Source of the DNA: a virus
Taxonomy: Duplodnaviria; Caudoviricetes
IMG/VR virus record: IMGVR_UViG_3300035517_000076
Span: 61,353-125,352 of that record
Length of the DNA: 64,000 bases
Reading direction: 5' to 3' (one strand)
How positions within the stretch are numbered: the stretch's first letter is position 1; each line of letters begins with the position of its first letter. The position numbers and the translations under genes are program-made. Positions 41,766 to 56,200 of the stretch are shown one piece after another. A model generated the notes under the pieces. It did no database searches. It was not told where the DNA came from and saw nothing but the letters and a program-made list of their open reading frames with translations.

Positions 41766-44700
41766 TTAACAACCACAATGAATAAATCCTTCTCTTTCTG
41801 CCTCACTAAGTCTGTCCCAAGCATTATCATCTTGCTACATTCTATTGTATCTTAAAGCTACTTGATAATCTATAGAATTATGTGAAGCTAAGTATCCTAA
41901 ACTAGTTTTAAATCCATTAACTCTAGTGAACTTTTTCTTTTCATTAAGAGTAGATTCTTTCATAGCCTATTTACTAAGTTTCATATAATTTTCTTTAGAA
42001 ACAGAAGCTTTAATTACTCCTTCACTTTCTGAATAGCTTCTAACAAATCCAGCTTCAAGTTCAATAGGATGATTGCTAAGAAGTTCTTTCAAAGACTAAT
42101 TCATTACTATAGGACTATCATAGAATGAATGTTGTCTATAAGATAGAACATCAAATAAATCCTATTCAAAAATCTAAGCATAATAAACAAGGTTTTGTTT
42201 AGCATACTACATTTCCTTAATAGCATCTTCAAGCTGTTTCTATTCTTGCTAAGTCAGTTCATCTCGTTTAATTCCCTGATTTAATCTATCCTAGTATCTA
42301 TTGATACAAGCATCAAGACCTTCAGGATCTGTAAACATATTAATAAGATGAGCAGGCATATTGTATTCTTTAGATAAAGCATATAGTAAAGCTTCCTCAG
42401 ATTCCTTCTATGCTCTAAGTCTATTCTCTGCTTCTTGTTTACTTCCAACAAATTCAGATTTTCCAAGAAGAGGATCAATATCAAGACTTGTTCTATAAAC
42501 TACTTTAGGTTCATGATTTTCATCAAGAAGCATTTCAGTAGTAGGATTAGTTTCCCATTCACCAAACCAAGCTCTGAAAGAGGGAGTACGAGTGATTAAC
42601 CATTGCTCCTAAGTAAGGTTAGTGACTTTTTGTACTGGTGATAATAAGTAATTTTTAGCCTTAACAGCTTTTTCATATATTCTATTATACTTAGGCTTCT
42701 TAACTAAAATTCTACTTACATCATCATTAGAATCATCACGTTCCCAATCAACTCCACTTTCATCAAAGTCAAATCCTAATGGATCTTCTTCAATAGGAAT
42801 AGCAGGTTCTGTACTTCCCTATTCTTCCTCAGAACTATTAGTATCATTATTTTCAGAAGCTGTTGGCTATTCAATAGGAGCTGTTGGCTAAGTAGTTTCA
42901 GGTTCTACTGAAGTAACTTCTCCATTATCTTCATTAATATCAGCTCCTGTCTACTAAGCTCTTACTACCTCATCAACTCTTTCGCTACTTCCTGATGTTT
43001 CCGCTGGTTGCTATTCATTTTGATTAGCATTTTTCCATCTTACTTGATTCTACTATTCATCAGATAAAGTTTCATAATCATAATCAGTATCAAATGCTCT
43101 GGCTAAAAAGATTCCTTTGCCATGACTATTCTTTTGGAATGAAGCTTTAACTCCAGCTAAAGGATTTCCAGATTCAGTAATTAATCTTCCAGAAGTATCC
43201 ATAGAAATAGTTGCAGGATTATGTAAATCACCATAGTCAAATAGTAATTTCATAGCTCCGCAAATTTGAATAGGATTCTAAGAAACTTCTGATAAAGCTT
43301 CTTCAATTCCTTTCTTCTGTGTAGATAGTTTCTTACTAATTGCTCTTCCTCTTTCAGCAACAGTACCAGGCTCCATGTCTATATAGATAATACTTAGATT
43401 ACCATTCTAATCATAGAATAGCATATCTAATTCATCAGCCATATTTAATTCTCCTTCTTGTTCTTCTCCATTTACTGTTCTTGTAACTTTTACAGTAGTG
43501 TGGGAAAGAGTAGGATCAGTATAAAGTCTTTGTCCTGAAGCATAGTAAGAAAGAACTTCATCATAAATCATTTTAGCAATTTCTTTATAAGATTTTGATG
43601 ATACATAATGATCTTCTTCTTTAAATACTCTACTAAATATAGAATCAAAAGATTCATTTCTTTCAAGAGCAGTTGCTAATTCTTTAATGAAGTTTTTAGT
43701 AAACTATCTTGCTTCTTTAGCTACTTCGTCTTGAACTGTAGTATTTGTATTTTCAATTAAATCCTTATGGAATCCTTCAGAGTTATTAAATGCTTCTATA
43801 CAATAATCTTGTTCTTTTAATTCAAATTTAACTTTGCCATTTTCAAATCCAAGAATCTTTACAGTAACAGTATTTGAAGCTCTCTGAGAAGCACTTTGCG
43901 AAATTAACTGAATAACATCACCGGCTTTATAACCTTTTCTACTAAAATAATCTGATATTTCTCTAGCAGTACCAGCCATTACAATAGAAATCGATTCCTC
44001 TCCAGATTGTATAGATTGTTTAATAGTATTAAAGGTTTCTTCTTTAATTACCATTGGATTATGTTTATTAAACAACTATGCCTATCCTGCTTTATATTCA
44101 CTGAATATTAAGTTTGCAGGAGCATTGTAGTTTCTAAGTAAACTATCCAAACTGTTCATTACAGTCTAATCTAGAGTTTGTCCTCTTTGTACAAGTACAC
44201 CAGAGAATAATCTCTTAATAGCGGAGATGACAGTATCTAATAAAGAATGTTTCTAAAGTATTTCTCTGAACTTAGGATTAGCCATTTCCGAAACCATTTC
44301 AGCAACACTGGCTAAGCCATAATAGTCTTGGTCAGTTTCTACTTTTGATTTATCTTCTTGACTAATTAGTTGTTTATAACATTCTTCAAGAGTAGTAACC
44401 GCCTCTTGTGCTTCTCTATTCAATCCTTCTTTATTCTAAATAGCATAGATAGTCAAGGCATGAATAGCCTCGTGAAGAACTAATTCTCCAACAGTTCTAT
44501 CATTTTCAGAAGCAAGTCTATTGATGTTTGCAGATATAATTACAGAATGCTCTCTCGGTCTATATACACCAGCTACTTCATTATCAAGAGTACCATATCT
44601 AAATCCAATTCCAGACTATGCACATAGATCAAATACTCTATCTGCAAGTTCTTTGTATTGATTACGTTCATCTTGACTATAAATACTCTTCATCTACTAC

Positions 44701-47700
44701 CACTAAGCAGTGGAAGAGGAGTTGGTATTTGGAGTAGATTTCTAAATTGAAGCTTGGTAAGCCTAAGAAATACTTGTATATACTTGGCCTGAAGGACTAG
44801 TATAATTTCCTTTAGTATCAACTGTCCAACCACGTAGTAGTAACTATGCACACCATGACCTTGCTCTGGCTTGGTTCTCTCTAACTCTATCACCATTTAA
44901 GGGCTAGGGACGAGAGGCAGTGCCATCGAGAGCTAATCCTGATGAAGGATCTACAGTAGCACCATTATAAGCAGTTGTTCCTGGTTGATTAGTAGTATCT
45001 TCTGATTCTAATCTAGATTCAAGTTCTTGTGCTCTACCTTCAAGATTAGGGTCCATAATACTTACATTAACAATATGTTTAGGCTAAGAATACATTACAT
45101 TAGTCATTATAAGACCATCATCATATAATGTCTTTATATATGCCTATGAATCTCTAACAGCCTAAGCAACATTCTCATTAGTATCAGCCAGTCTTCTCTA
45201 CTCTTCAGTAAGAGCCATAATAGACTATTTATCAACTTGCCATTTTATTCCATTAAGTATCTAACCTTGTGCAAGTAAACTACCACCATTAGAAAGTAGA
45301 TTACAAAGCATTGAATTTACAAGATGCTGTCTATAAGCAGGATCATTAATCTAAGCAAAATCAATAGGACCATTGGTTAATATAGATATTTGTCTAAGAC
45401 CCTACATTAAAACGATTTGTCCATTTTCTCTGACTTTAATAGCACCATCAGTTAAATAGAATCCATTACTATTAAATATAGACTTGTATAAAGTCTTTTC
45501 AAAAGTTTCTATCTAAGCAGGATCATTAACATTAGTCTTACTATAAGCATCAATAGCATTAAGCATTCTAGTACCAATAGACTAGAATCTACTATTAAAC
45601 TTCTTTGCTCCATTTATTCCTAAAGTAAACAAAGGTGCTTCATTATTTCCAGAGAAGAAGTCTTGTATAGTTTGTATTAGAGATCTTCCTGTTCTAGGAT
45701 TAATAGTTTCTGCTACTTTAATTATAACCGCTGTAAACCATTTTCCTTCAGTTCCACCAAGACCGGGAATACGAGAGGAGAATAATGGTGCATTTTGGTT
45801 TCTAGTGCTGGCACTACCAAATGTTACTCTCATGTTTTTAGCAAATTCCTCTCTTCCCTTAGCAGCATCAGCGTGCTATTCATTAATTAAAGTAAATATA
45901 GGTCTATTGGTAGCTCTCTATACAGGAGACTAAGTTTGCTCAAAGTTACCATAAGTAGCTGAATAAATTCTAGAAGATATTATACCATTGGCATCTGTAA
46001 TTAAATGGTCTGTACTCTAAGACATTCTTTGAGCTGACTATCTAATTCTGTAGGTTCTTCCCATTCCTGCTGATCTCTCAGTCCAGAATGAGTTTTCTCT
46101 AGATTCTCTATTAGAATAATTAGCATTATTACCATTATAAGAATTAGGAAATAATCCTATTGGCTGATAACGCTTTCCATCAATTTCTACAGTGCCATTC
46201 TCAGATTCTACTACAGCTACAAGTGGAGAAGCTACAGAAGCATCATAGTTAGCCCCTTTTCTACGCTGTGTTTCAGCAGCAAGCTCTGAGGGAACATAGA
46301 AGAAAACCTTCATTCCTGCTAACTATTGTTCTGAAGTACGCTCTAAGAAAGCTTGAATATGATGGTCTGCAAAGTATTTAGCTAATGCTGGATTCTACTA
46401 TGCAAATGTAGAGTTAGCTATACTAGGCCAAAACATAGTAGTCATTTCATCTTTATCTGCCCATCTTTCTACTTGTTCCTAATTATACCAAAATGCTCCT
46501 CTACCATTTCTTGTAACCATTTTTGCTTTTTCCCACTCAGTAGCTAAAAACATAGCTTTAGACATACCTATCAGGTAAGAATTAGTAGAATTACGATCAT
46601 TCTCAAACATCTGGCTAACAGGAGCTTTAAGTAATTTTCCTTCTTCTGTTTTCTCTTCTTCTGTAGTAGCTCTATCTTTTTGTTGATAGTAAGCCTATGT
46701 ATCTCTAATCATATCTTGAAGGACTCTAAGCTCTGAATACATATCCGGGGTAGGATTCTATGCAATAAGTTCTTTTATCGTATCTGATAAAAACTTGCTA
46801 ACATCTTCCTTATTTTCAAGATTTAATTCATTTGCTTTAAGTCTTTCAAAAATATCTAAAAGTTTATTATAAGCAGAAGCAGTATATTTTTTTCTATCAG
46901 AAGTAGCTTCAATAAGAGCTTTTCTTTTAAAGGTAGCTAAAGCATAATTAATTACAGAACGAAGTTCTTTAATTACTCCAGCAGAAATATCAGGCCTTGC
47001 TTCTTCAATTTCATCAGTAATAGCATTGGTTTCTTCAACAGAAGATTCTGCAATCTCCTCTTGCATCTATCTCTACTATTTAGCTACCTTCTCTCTTTCT
47101 GCCTATTCTTTTTCTCTCTATGCTTTAGTAAGATCATCCTTAGCTTTATTTACATCCTCCTAAGTAGAATTACGATCATTAATAACAGCTCTAGCAGCAT
47201 CTATATCTTGCTAAGCTTTAGCAATTCTATCATTAATTATCTATAAGTCTTGCTTAGCTTTCTCTACTCTTTGTCTCTAAGCTTCCGATGCTGCCTAAGT
47301 TTCTTGTCTTTGTGCATCTCTTTCAGCTTTTCTTTGAGCAATTAATTCCTCCCTCTACTACTATTCTGCCTAAGCTGCAACATCTGGAGTTGCAAGTTCA
47401 GCAGCAGGTACTTCAGGCTAAGTTTCCTACTCAGCTTCAAGCTCTGCTTCAGTACGAGGATCAGAGTCTTGGTGAGCAGGACCTTCTTCAGAAGAGGGAA
47501 TATAATCCACATCTTCAGAAACTCTTTGATCTTGAGACTACCTTGCAGACTAATCAAGCCTATCCTGATAATAATCAAGTGCTTTATTGATAGTATTCCA
47601 AATAGTTTCAATACCACTAAAGGTTATTTTATCTTCCTTTTCTAAGTATTGATTCTATTCTTCTATAGCTTCTTCTATAGCATATTTTCCAGAATCACTT

Positions 47701-50700
47701 CGTTTTTGTAAAGCTAAAGCCACTGCATCTTTATTTAAAATATCTACACCAGTAGACATTAAATAATTAATAGCAATAAGAACTTCATCTCTTTGTGACT
47801 AAGTTAAGTCATTAAACTATAATCCCTTTGTAATAGCATCAATAACTCCACTCTTAGTAGTTTTGTTATCCATGAATGTTTTAAAGAACTTGGGATTATA
47901 TTCCTCCATAACTTTAGCAAACTCTATAGCATCAAAGTTATATGGATCTGTATTCCACATAAAGTCTATCTGCTTAGCAAATTCAGTATAGTCTTTAATC
48001 TAAGCTAAGTGAATATATTTTTCTTTATTAAGTGCTCTACGTGTTCTATTTTTAATGTCATTTATTCTAGCATTAAACATATTACCACCATGGAGAATAT
48101 CAGTATATTCTTTATCAACAGATTCAATGTTACCTCTTATTTCAGCAAGGTCTTGAATCTTCTCCATAAATCCAGCATCTTCTGTAAGCCCCTATGTTTC
48201 TATGTTTTGAATTACAGCTAATTGTTCTGGAGAATACAATCCTCTATTATTTGGATTTAGCATTCTAGCTCTAGTAGCTTCATCCAAAGCCATAATTTCT
48301 TCTTCATTAAGAACAGCATTAAATGGATCTGATGAATCATCATCATCGTCTTCAACTCTATGTTTTCTTCTACGAAGTCTTAATTCAACATCATCCTCAG
48401 AAGATTCAGATTCGGAAGATCCAGAAGATTCTGTAGAAGAGGAAGAAGTTGAAGAGGAAGGAGTACTGCTTTCTCCTTCGTCTTCTTCATCTCTTATTCC
48501 AGCTTTCTCTCTGGCTTTCCTATCCATATACTTCTCTCCAAGAAGCTTTTTATATTTTCCTTTTTCGATTTTATAATCATAAGAATTTTGAACGATAGAT
48601 TCATTTAGCTATCTTACTCTTCGAGTAGTTTCAATAATCTACTTTTGATATTCTGCTATTACTCTAGGGTCCTATTCATCTTCGCTTTTCTTCTACTCTT
48701 CTTTTAGATTCTTTTCCAGTGCTCTAAGGTTTTCCTTCTCTGTTTCAAGTTTTTCCTTATCAACTTCTATTCTCTTTTCAAGACTTCTAACATAATGTTT
48801 GAATTTTCTTTTTGAACCATATCTGGCAATAACAGATTTAACATCATCAGATGCACCACTTTCTGCTCTACTAACTCTAATCTTTCTTTTAGTCTCTTCA
48901 ATCTCGTTAGAGAGCATAGTACCTCTACTCATCCAATCTTGTTTAGCCATCTTACCATAGATTAAAGAGCCTAAAATATCTTCATCAACATCACCAAGTT
49001 CATCTTGAATTTCTTCACGATACTATTTAACTTGGTCTATTCCAGTAAGCATAGTTTCAGCTCTTTTCTATAGTAACTGCCCAATTTCTTCATCAGTCTT
49101 TCCTTGATAATCTTCAGTAACTTTTGCTTCCTATATATATGCAGCTTTCTATTCAGCTGTTAGAGAACTAAATCCTCTAAGTTTCTCAAGCTATTCAAGC
49201 CAAGCTTTTCCTGTTTCAGTCTCTGCAATCTTTTCAAACATTAAACAGTCTCTTACAAACTTACCTAGTTTAGCATCTCTAAAAGTTTTAGCAGTTCCAC
49301 TTGTAGCTTCGTCTCTCATACTCATTAAGAAGTTTAGCTAAGCACAGGTACTTCTAAATAAGTCAGCATTTCCCGGAGTACTAATCCATTTATTAAAATC
49401 ATCTGCTGCTCTTTTTCTGGAATCTCTTTCTGACTTCCATTCCATATAGCCACTGATAGGACCAAATCTCCAAGGAAGAATATCTGCAATAACTCTTAAA
49501 TTTCTTTCAGCTTTAGATTCTCTTGTTCCATCTTCATAGGTATATCTTTCTATACCTCTAACCATTTTAACATTACCATTCTCATCACGAATGACATTAC
49601 CTGCTTTATCTCTAGCTATTCTATTTTTTCCAAATACTCTAGCAAGTGTTTTAATACCAGGCAATTTTACAGAACCAAAGGCAGAACCAGCAGCACCATA
49701 GAATCCTGCTTTCCAAGTTTCTGGATCAACAAAAGCCTTTCCTGCTTCCCGAAATCCTGCACCAATATCAGCTAAGTCTTGTGGAATCCAACTATACCAA
49801 TGGTCTATTTCTTTAGCTCCATTTGGGTCATAAGTAGTTTCAACAAAGTGTTCAATATTGTGCATAGCAGAGCCGTAAGAGAAAGCGTCGGTAATACTCT
49901 GAGCAAATTCTTCTCCAAATTCTCCAGCCATTTCCTTACCTGTATAATAAGCTATTGCTCTCTTAGGCATATTTTTATAGAAAGCTCTAAATCCTCCACT
50001 AAGTGCTTCTCTATATTCTACCTCTGTTACTCCAGTGAATTTAGCAAATTTTGGTTTGAGTTTATTCAAAAGTTTATTGGTTCTAATAAACTCTCTTGAA
50101 GAAACATTCTAAAGACCTGCTTTTAAAGTAAGATTAAGGGTACTATTAATTAAGGAGTTCCATAAGAAGTTATCTGCTCCTGCCTAAGCAGCAGCATATT
50201 CAACTTCTTTTACTCCTTTCTAATAGCGTTCATCATTACTCTTTATTTCTTGAAAGAGCTATTCCATAATCTAATCATCATTCATAGATTTAACTTTAGC
50301 TCTTTCTTCATCTGAATTACATAGACTAAGTAACTACTACCTTCTAGAATCTGCTGATTCTGATGCAAGTTCTTGATATTGTTGCTATCCAAAATATCTC
50401 CAGTATTCCTATTCAAGAAGTTGCATACCGTCTTCCTAAGTACGTTCTTGTGTAGAAACTCCTTCAAGGATTCCTTCTGAACTACCAACAATAGTTGGAA
50501 CTAACCAAGTGTCACTTTTTTTAATTATGGCATTTGTAATCTTTTCAGTTCTTGCTAAAGCTTTATTTAACTTAGCTAAATCTTTAGTTTTTCGTAAAGC
50601 AAAGAATCCTTTTACTCCAAATCTAGGTAAATATTTTACTGGCAGATTTATTAGCTTAGAAGCCCCCCAAGAAGTGGCCATGGCACCAGTAGTAAATCCT

Positions 50701-52076
50701 GACTATCCTAGTAATTCACTTCCCATGTGTTTACCAACATTTGACCAGCTATAGTCTTCTACATCATCAGGATTTTGAAAAGCGTTTAAACCAGTTTCAT
50801 CATAATCATATTTAACTCCAAATAGATTTTCTAGCTACTTTTTGACTTTTTCATCCATATTTGGATCAATTTTATGTGCAATTAAGTCTGCTATCTATCC
50901 ACCAAGTAATATTCCAGTTAGTCCTGTATTTCCATCAAATCCCCATCCTCTTTTTGATATTTCATTAGCATACTGAGAATAAGCATTGTTATTCATGAAA
51001 TAACCAAAAGCATCACCAGCACCTCCAAGTCCTTCAGGCATATCTCCTCTATAATTTCCAATAGTAACTGCATAAAGAAGAAAGTTTGCAAGACCTACTG
51101 CACAACCTTGAGCAGCATAAAGAGAAGAAGTAAGACCTGTCATAAAAGAACCAATACCATGACCATAAGCTTCTCCAACACTCATCTTCTTATAGTAAAT
51201 CTTCTATACAGAGTTCTATAATTTAAGATTAGCTTGATATAAAGCTTCATCATCACCACCCTTAACATTAGCCAAGGAGTTTGAATAATACTGATAAGCA
51301 GCTTGATAATCATAAAGAAGATCTTTCCAATCTTGTTCAGTTAATTGTCTTTGCTTATCATTTTTATATCTTTTATAAAAGCCTGAGTTTTCCTCTACCA
51401 TAGACTTAATAGCCTACAAGTCTTCTGTTTCTGCATCTGGATGCTGTTTATAATATTCAATTATATTATTATTTCTAGCCTCTTCTATACCCTACTAAAC
51501 ACCTGTAGTCTTATTGTTTAATTGTCCCTGTCTTTCGTATGCTCTTTCTGTAGTACTTACTAACATATCAGATGATTGTGATTGAGGATCCATAGATAAT
51601 CCCTATAACCAGCTAAACCATTTAGATACATTAGAACCCTAATCAACAGAAACATCATTTCCTTCAGCTGCGTGCTATTGTAGCATTTTTATCTACTCAC
51701 TTCTTTCATAGGCATCTTGTGAAAGGTGTTGTTGTGGAGAAAGAGCATTATCAATAGTTTTATCTACAATATCACCAACATCATTTTCATCTCGATAACC
51801 TACTGAATTACTTCTAGTAGCATTAACAGATGGTGCAAAATCTGAAAGTTTCTTTTCTCCATTAAAAACTTTTAGTTTATCTTCAATAGAAACATTATTA
51901 TAAGCATTAGGATTATCTTTTGCTACAGTAGTATTAAACTTATATTTAATAAATGTTTGTCTTTTGGTTTCATCGTCTACATCAGCAAGTTCATCTTTAT
52001 ACTGTTTTTCCCAAGTATCATAATCTTGCTTTGAAACACCTTTTAAACCAAATATATTATTAACATCATTACCCAT
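41766..52076 (-). CDS. giant polyvalent virion/ejection protein, 3436 aa (TAG read as Gln)
   Basis: Twelve track fragments from 43053 to 52076 lie in one frame. Starts MGNDVNNIFG, ends FIHCGC-TAA; contains a zincin HEAIH motif. Gaps were spot-checked, not read in full. Confidence 0.8.
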
Positions 52077-52099
52077 ATAAATAAATATTTAAATTAATT

Positions 52100-53203
52100 T
52101 TATTTTTCAGAGGTTCCTGAAAATACATTTCCTGTCTATTGAGGATCTTCTATATCTTTTTCACTTCTAGGAAGTACTCTATATAATAAACCATCTGCTC
52201 CTTGATACATCCAAGTATAAACATTATCAGGATTTCCATAAATATATCTAAGCCTATTTCTTATTTCTGTTGAACCATCTGACTTAGTATATGTAAACTA
52301 TTCATATAACTTATTAAGAATGTTATCAGGAAGATTAGCAGCTACAACCATTGCATCTGTTATTGTTTGATGCCCTTTAGTATTAGTTTTACCCTCTTGT
52401 ATCTCTAACTACTTATTTTGATAAGGAGTTATATAACTTGGATCTTGAACTATCTTATCTGTATTCTTATATGAAGAAACAAGACCATTTCCAATAGCTC
52501 TCCATATTCTTTTTTGTCCTTCTGCATCATAATTTTCAATACCTAAATCTTTAGCAAATTTATTCATGTGCTAAAGAATTATATTGCCTGTCTGTGTATC
52601 TCCATACTAAGAAGCGGCAGCGATGAGAGCCTCACCAGGGTCTAATCCTTTTGTATGTTGAAGTTTATATCCAGCTAATTGAATATTTTTAAATTCAGGA
52701 TTTGAATCATTAAGAAGCTCATTAAGACCAGCAAAGTACAGAGCAGAAGAGGAAGTTATTCCTTTTTCACTTTGATATTTAATATCTGGCTTAATACCAT
52801 TATAGAAATCATCAACAGTATAATTCCTATCATAGATAGCATCAGCTCCCAGCTCATTACGTCTATCTACATATTTATTATAACTCTCAATAGCTTTCTT
52901 AATAGGGGCAAGTTCTGCCTTGCCCCTAACAAACATTTTATTTAAAGCTGATTTATTCTATGGTGTCATACCATAAGCAAAATCATCAGAATAATTTTTT
53001 AAATCTTGATTATACTAATCAAGAACAGGTTTATATATTGAATTTTCTGGTAATGTCATATTACCATACTCTTCAGAATACTTTTCTAACTTTTCCTATT
53101 GCTTATCATAGTCTTCTTTTATTAAAGAAAGAGGAGCCATTTTTTCAGCAAAAGTAAAAGGCTTAAAGTCACCAAAGTCTGCAACTATATTATAATTAGC
53201 CAT
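52100..53203 (-). CDS. virion cargo protein, 367 aa (TAG read as Gln)
   Basis: Starts MANYNIVADFGDFKPFTF, includes the 52607-52936 fragment in frame, ends GTSEK-TAA. Confidence 0.75.
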
Positions 53204-53205
53204 AG

Positions 53206-56200
53206 TCAAAATCCGTATTTATTATTTCTTTTAATCTTTCCTCCTAATGCTGCTGATACAGTACGATTAATTCCAGGAACTCCTCCATGTTCAATAACTT
53301 TATCTATTTGATAATTAGAATAATCATTATTATACATATTGAATAGCTGTTTTCCTATTCCAGATATTCCTGCACTAATAGCTGCTGACTTATCTTCTTT
53401 AGCTTTCTATCTCATCTAATAGGCTGTTTTAAGTCCTTCAAGAGTTCTTGACTATGCTTCTGCTTGTAACTAAGCATTAGTTTTATCTGCATCAAGAAAT
53501 CCATTACTATTAAACTCGTTGGTAGTTCTATTAAAGTCTTCAACATCTTTTTCATGTTGTCTATTAGCCAACCAAGCAGTCATATCAGCTTCTCCAAGTT
53601 TACTATTTAAGTTGTAATCACTTCCAAGTATTCCTGCCATTGCTTTTCCTTGATTTCCTCCACTTAGATTAGCAAGCAGATTTCTTTCAGCAGCCATCTA
53701 ATTTTCAATCTTTCTTCCAGGATAATTAGGATCAACAGGACGATAAGTAAGGTAATTACCAATAGGTCTGAATCCAACTTTATCAAAGTTACCAGCAGAC
53801 TAAGAAGCTCTGATTAAAGCATTAGCATCAGAATTATCTACGGGAGTTAAAGCATTATAAGCAGTTAATCCTGCTTGTAATCCTATTCCTGTCCAGAATG
53901 GCCAGTTTCCTGGTTTCTTGATTGCATCATAGTCTTTATCTCTTTCATTCTTTTCTTCTTCTGTAACTGTATCATCAGTCTATGGAACTCTAGTCAAATG
54001 TTTTCTATGTATTATGTTACCATCATTATCTTTAATATCATCTGTACTAGATATTGTAAAGTATGGATTAATCCATTCTCCATTGTATAAAGAATTTCCT
54101 ATATTAACTTCTTTACCATCTAAGAAATAACCATCTCTTTCTTTTACCTTTTGATCAATTTTAGCCAGTTCGGGAGAGTGTCTTTCTCCCATAATACCGT
54201 CAATTTTTAATCTTTCATTTGCATTATTAGTAAGATAATTAGATGATTCTGTTACCTATCCATTAAGTAATTTATTTTTAAATTCCCAATTAGCATTTTC
54301 TGACCAATCTAATTTACCATCTCCCCAAGATTGTTTAATTAGATTAGCTAATTCTTTTTGTTGAACATCACCTTTACTTAGCTATCTAACCCACTCTCTT
54401 GCTTTTTCTCCAGTTAAATAATCTTTTGGTTGAACTCTACGTTCAAGAAATTTAGATAATTCATCTTTATAGTATTGGTCTAGTTTAGACTAAGCAGTGC
54501 CAGTTTCATCATCTTGATAATACTAAGAAACATATCCACCAGGCCTGTTAATAGTGTTCCATTGATAATTATAATTATCTGGTATATAATCTAAAGCATT
54601 AAGATCTTTAAAAGCATCACCATAATAATAATCCTAAGCAGCGTTTTCTAAATGACTTTTATTTATTAGTTTATCAATTAATTCTGCTCTATAATTAGTA
54701 TTTTTAATATCTGTACTTATACCATTATTTTGTGCAAGAGCAAATAACTAATTATCAGAATATTTATTTAGAAGATTTCTATTTATTTTTTCTAGGTTTT
54801 TATTATAGTTAGCTTTATAAAGACTATTAGCAGCTTCTGCTAACTTAGTTGCCTAATCACTTGAGTTTTTATTTCCAGATGATTCTCTATACTAATAAGA
54901 CTTAAAGGATTTTCCAGTAGCTTCTTTATAAGCTTTTACAGCATCCTCAATTTTAATTCCTCTTTTTTTGCAGTACTCTATAAACTCTCTATAAGGAAGT
55001 TTAGTAGCTTCATTTACATTAAAGTCATACTATGTTCCAGCATATACTTTATGGCCATTAACAATATTACCTGCATTACTATTATGTAGATTCATAGAAC
55101 CACCGAGAGCATAAGCATTTCCTTCCTAAGAAAGTTCTTGATTAGCAGCTGCTTCTTGTGATTGTAATTGACTTGGATCCATATAAGTCTAGTCCATCTA
55201 AGGCTACTATAGCTATTGTTGCTACTGCATCTAAGCTAACTATTCCTAACTAAGCTAATCTTGATTAGTCTATTCTTCAGGACCTTGAGGCTGGATTTCA
55301 TTACCACTTTCGTCTTGCATAGAAGGATTTTCCATTTGAGGCTATTGCTACTACTAATCTTGGTATTGCTGCTATTCTTGACCTTTAATTTCATCCATAG
55401 CATCATCTAAGAAATCTTCTTTTTCTTCACGAGTTCCACGCTTAGCTTTACGAGCCTCTTTAGCTAACTCTCTATTGCCTGTCTATCTGGCATACTGATA
55501 AATCTAATCAATAGCCTAATTAAGCTGAGTAGTAGACATATCCTCAGGAGCAGAGTCCAAAGACGGAACAGAAGAAGAGACTTGATTACTTGCTCTAGTT
55601 GAATATGTTTCTCTAGGAGTTTTAAGCTATGACTAATCCATTTCTTCTGCTTCTTCCGGTGCAATTGTTTGGTCTTGTTCTTGTCCTTGCTACATAGCTT
55701 GCTACTACATTTGTGCCTACTATAGCTACTACATCTAAGCCTATGCTTCAGGACTATTCATCATCTATTCAAGTCCTCCACCATTTGCAAATAATCTTCC
55801 TCCATATTTCATTTGAGGAGACTACATATTCTATTGCTAGGCCTACTATTGTTGTAAAGCAAGCTACTATCTTTGTTCTCTATCCTGCTACATAATTTGC
55901 TGCTACTACTATTGTCTAGCAGCTTCTTCTTGCTACTACTAAGCAGCTTGTTCCTACTACATCTATTGTTGCTGTTCTGGAGACATCTGCTGCTATTGCT
56001 ACATAGCCATCTACTGTTGTTCTTCAGGAGACATTTGATTTGGATCCATTTGACTTTGATCCATTTCTTCCTGGCCAGGTTCACCAGGATATCCTTGCTA
56101 CATTCCTTGTTGCTAAGCTTGCTATTCAGCCATAGCCTACTACATTAGTTGCTACTTAAACTAAGCAAATTCTTCAGGAGACATTCTAGCTATTTGTTCC

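Noticed and set aside
47061-56148. Leu-rich and off-frame ORFs (47061, 47288, 47342, 55464, 55713, 55809, 55873)
   Set aside because: Artefacts of the Gln/Ala-rich repeats of the recoded minus-strand genes
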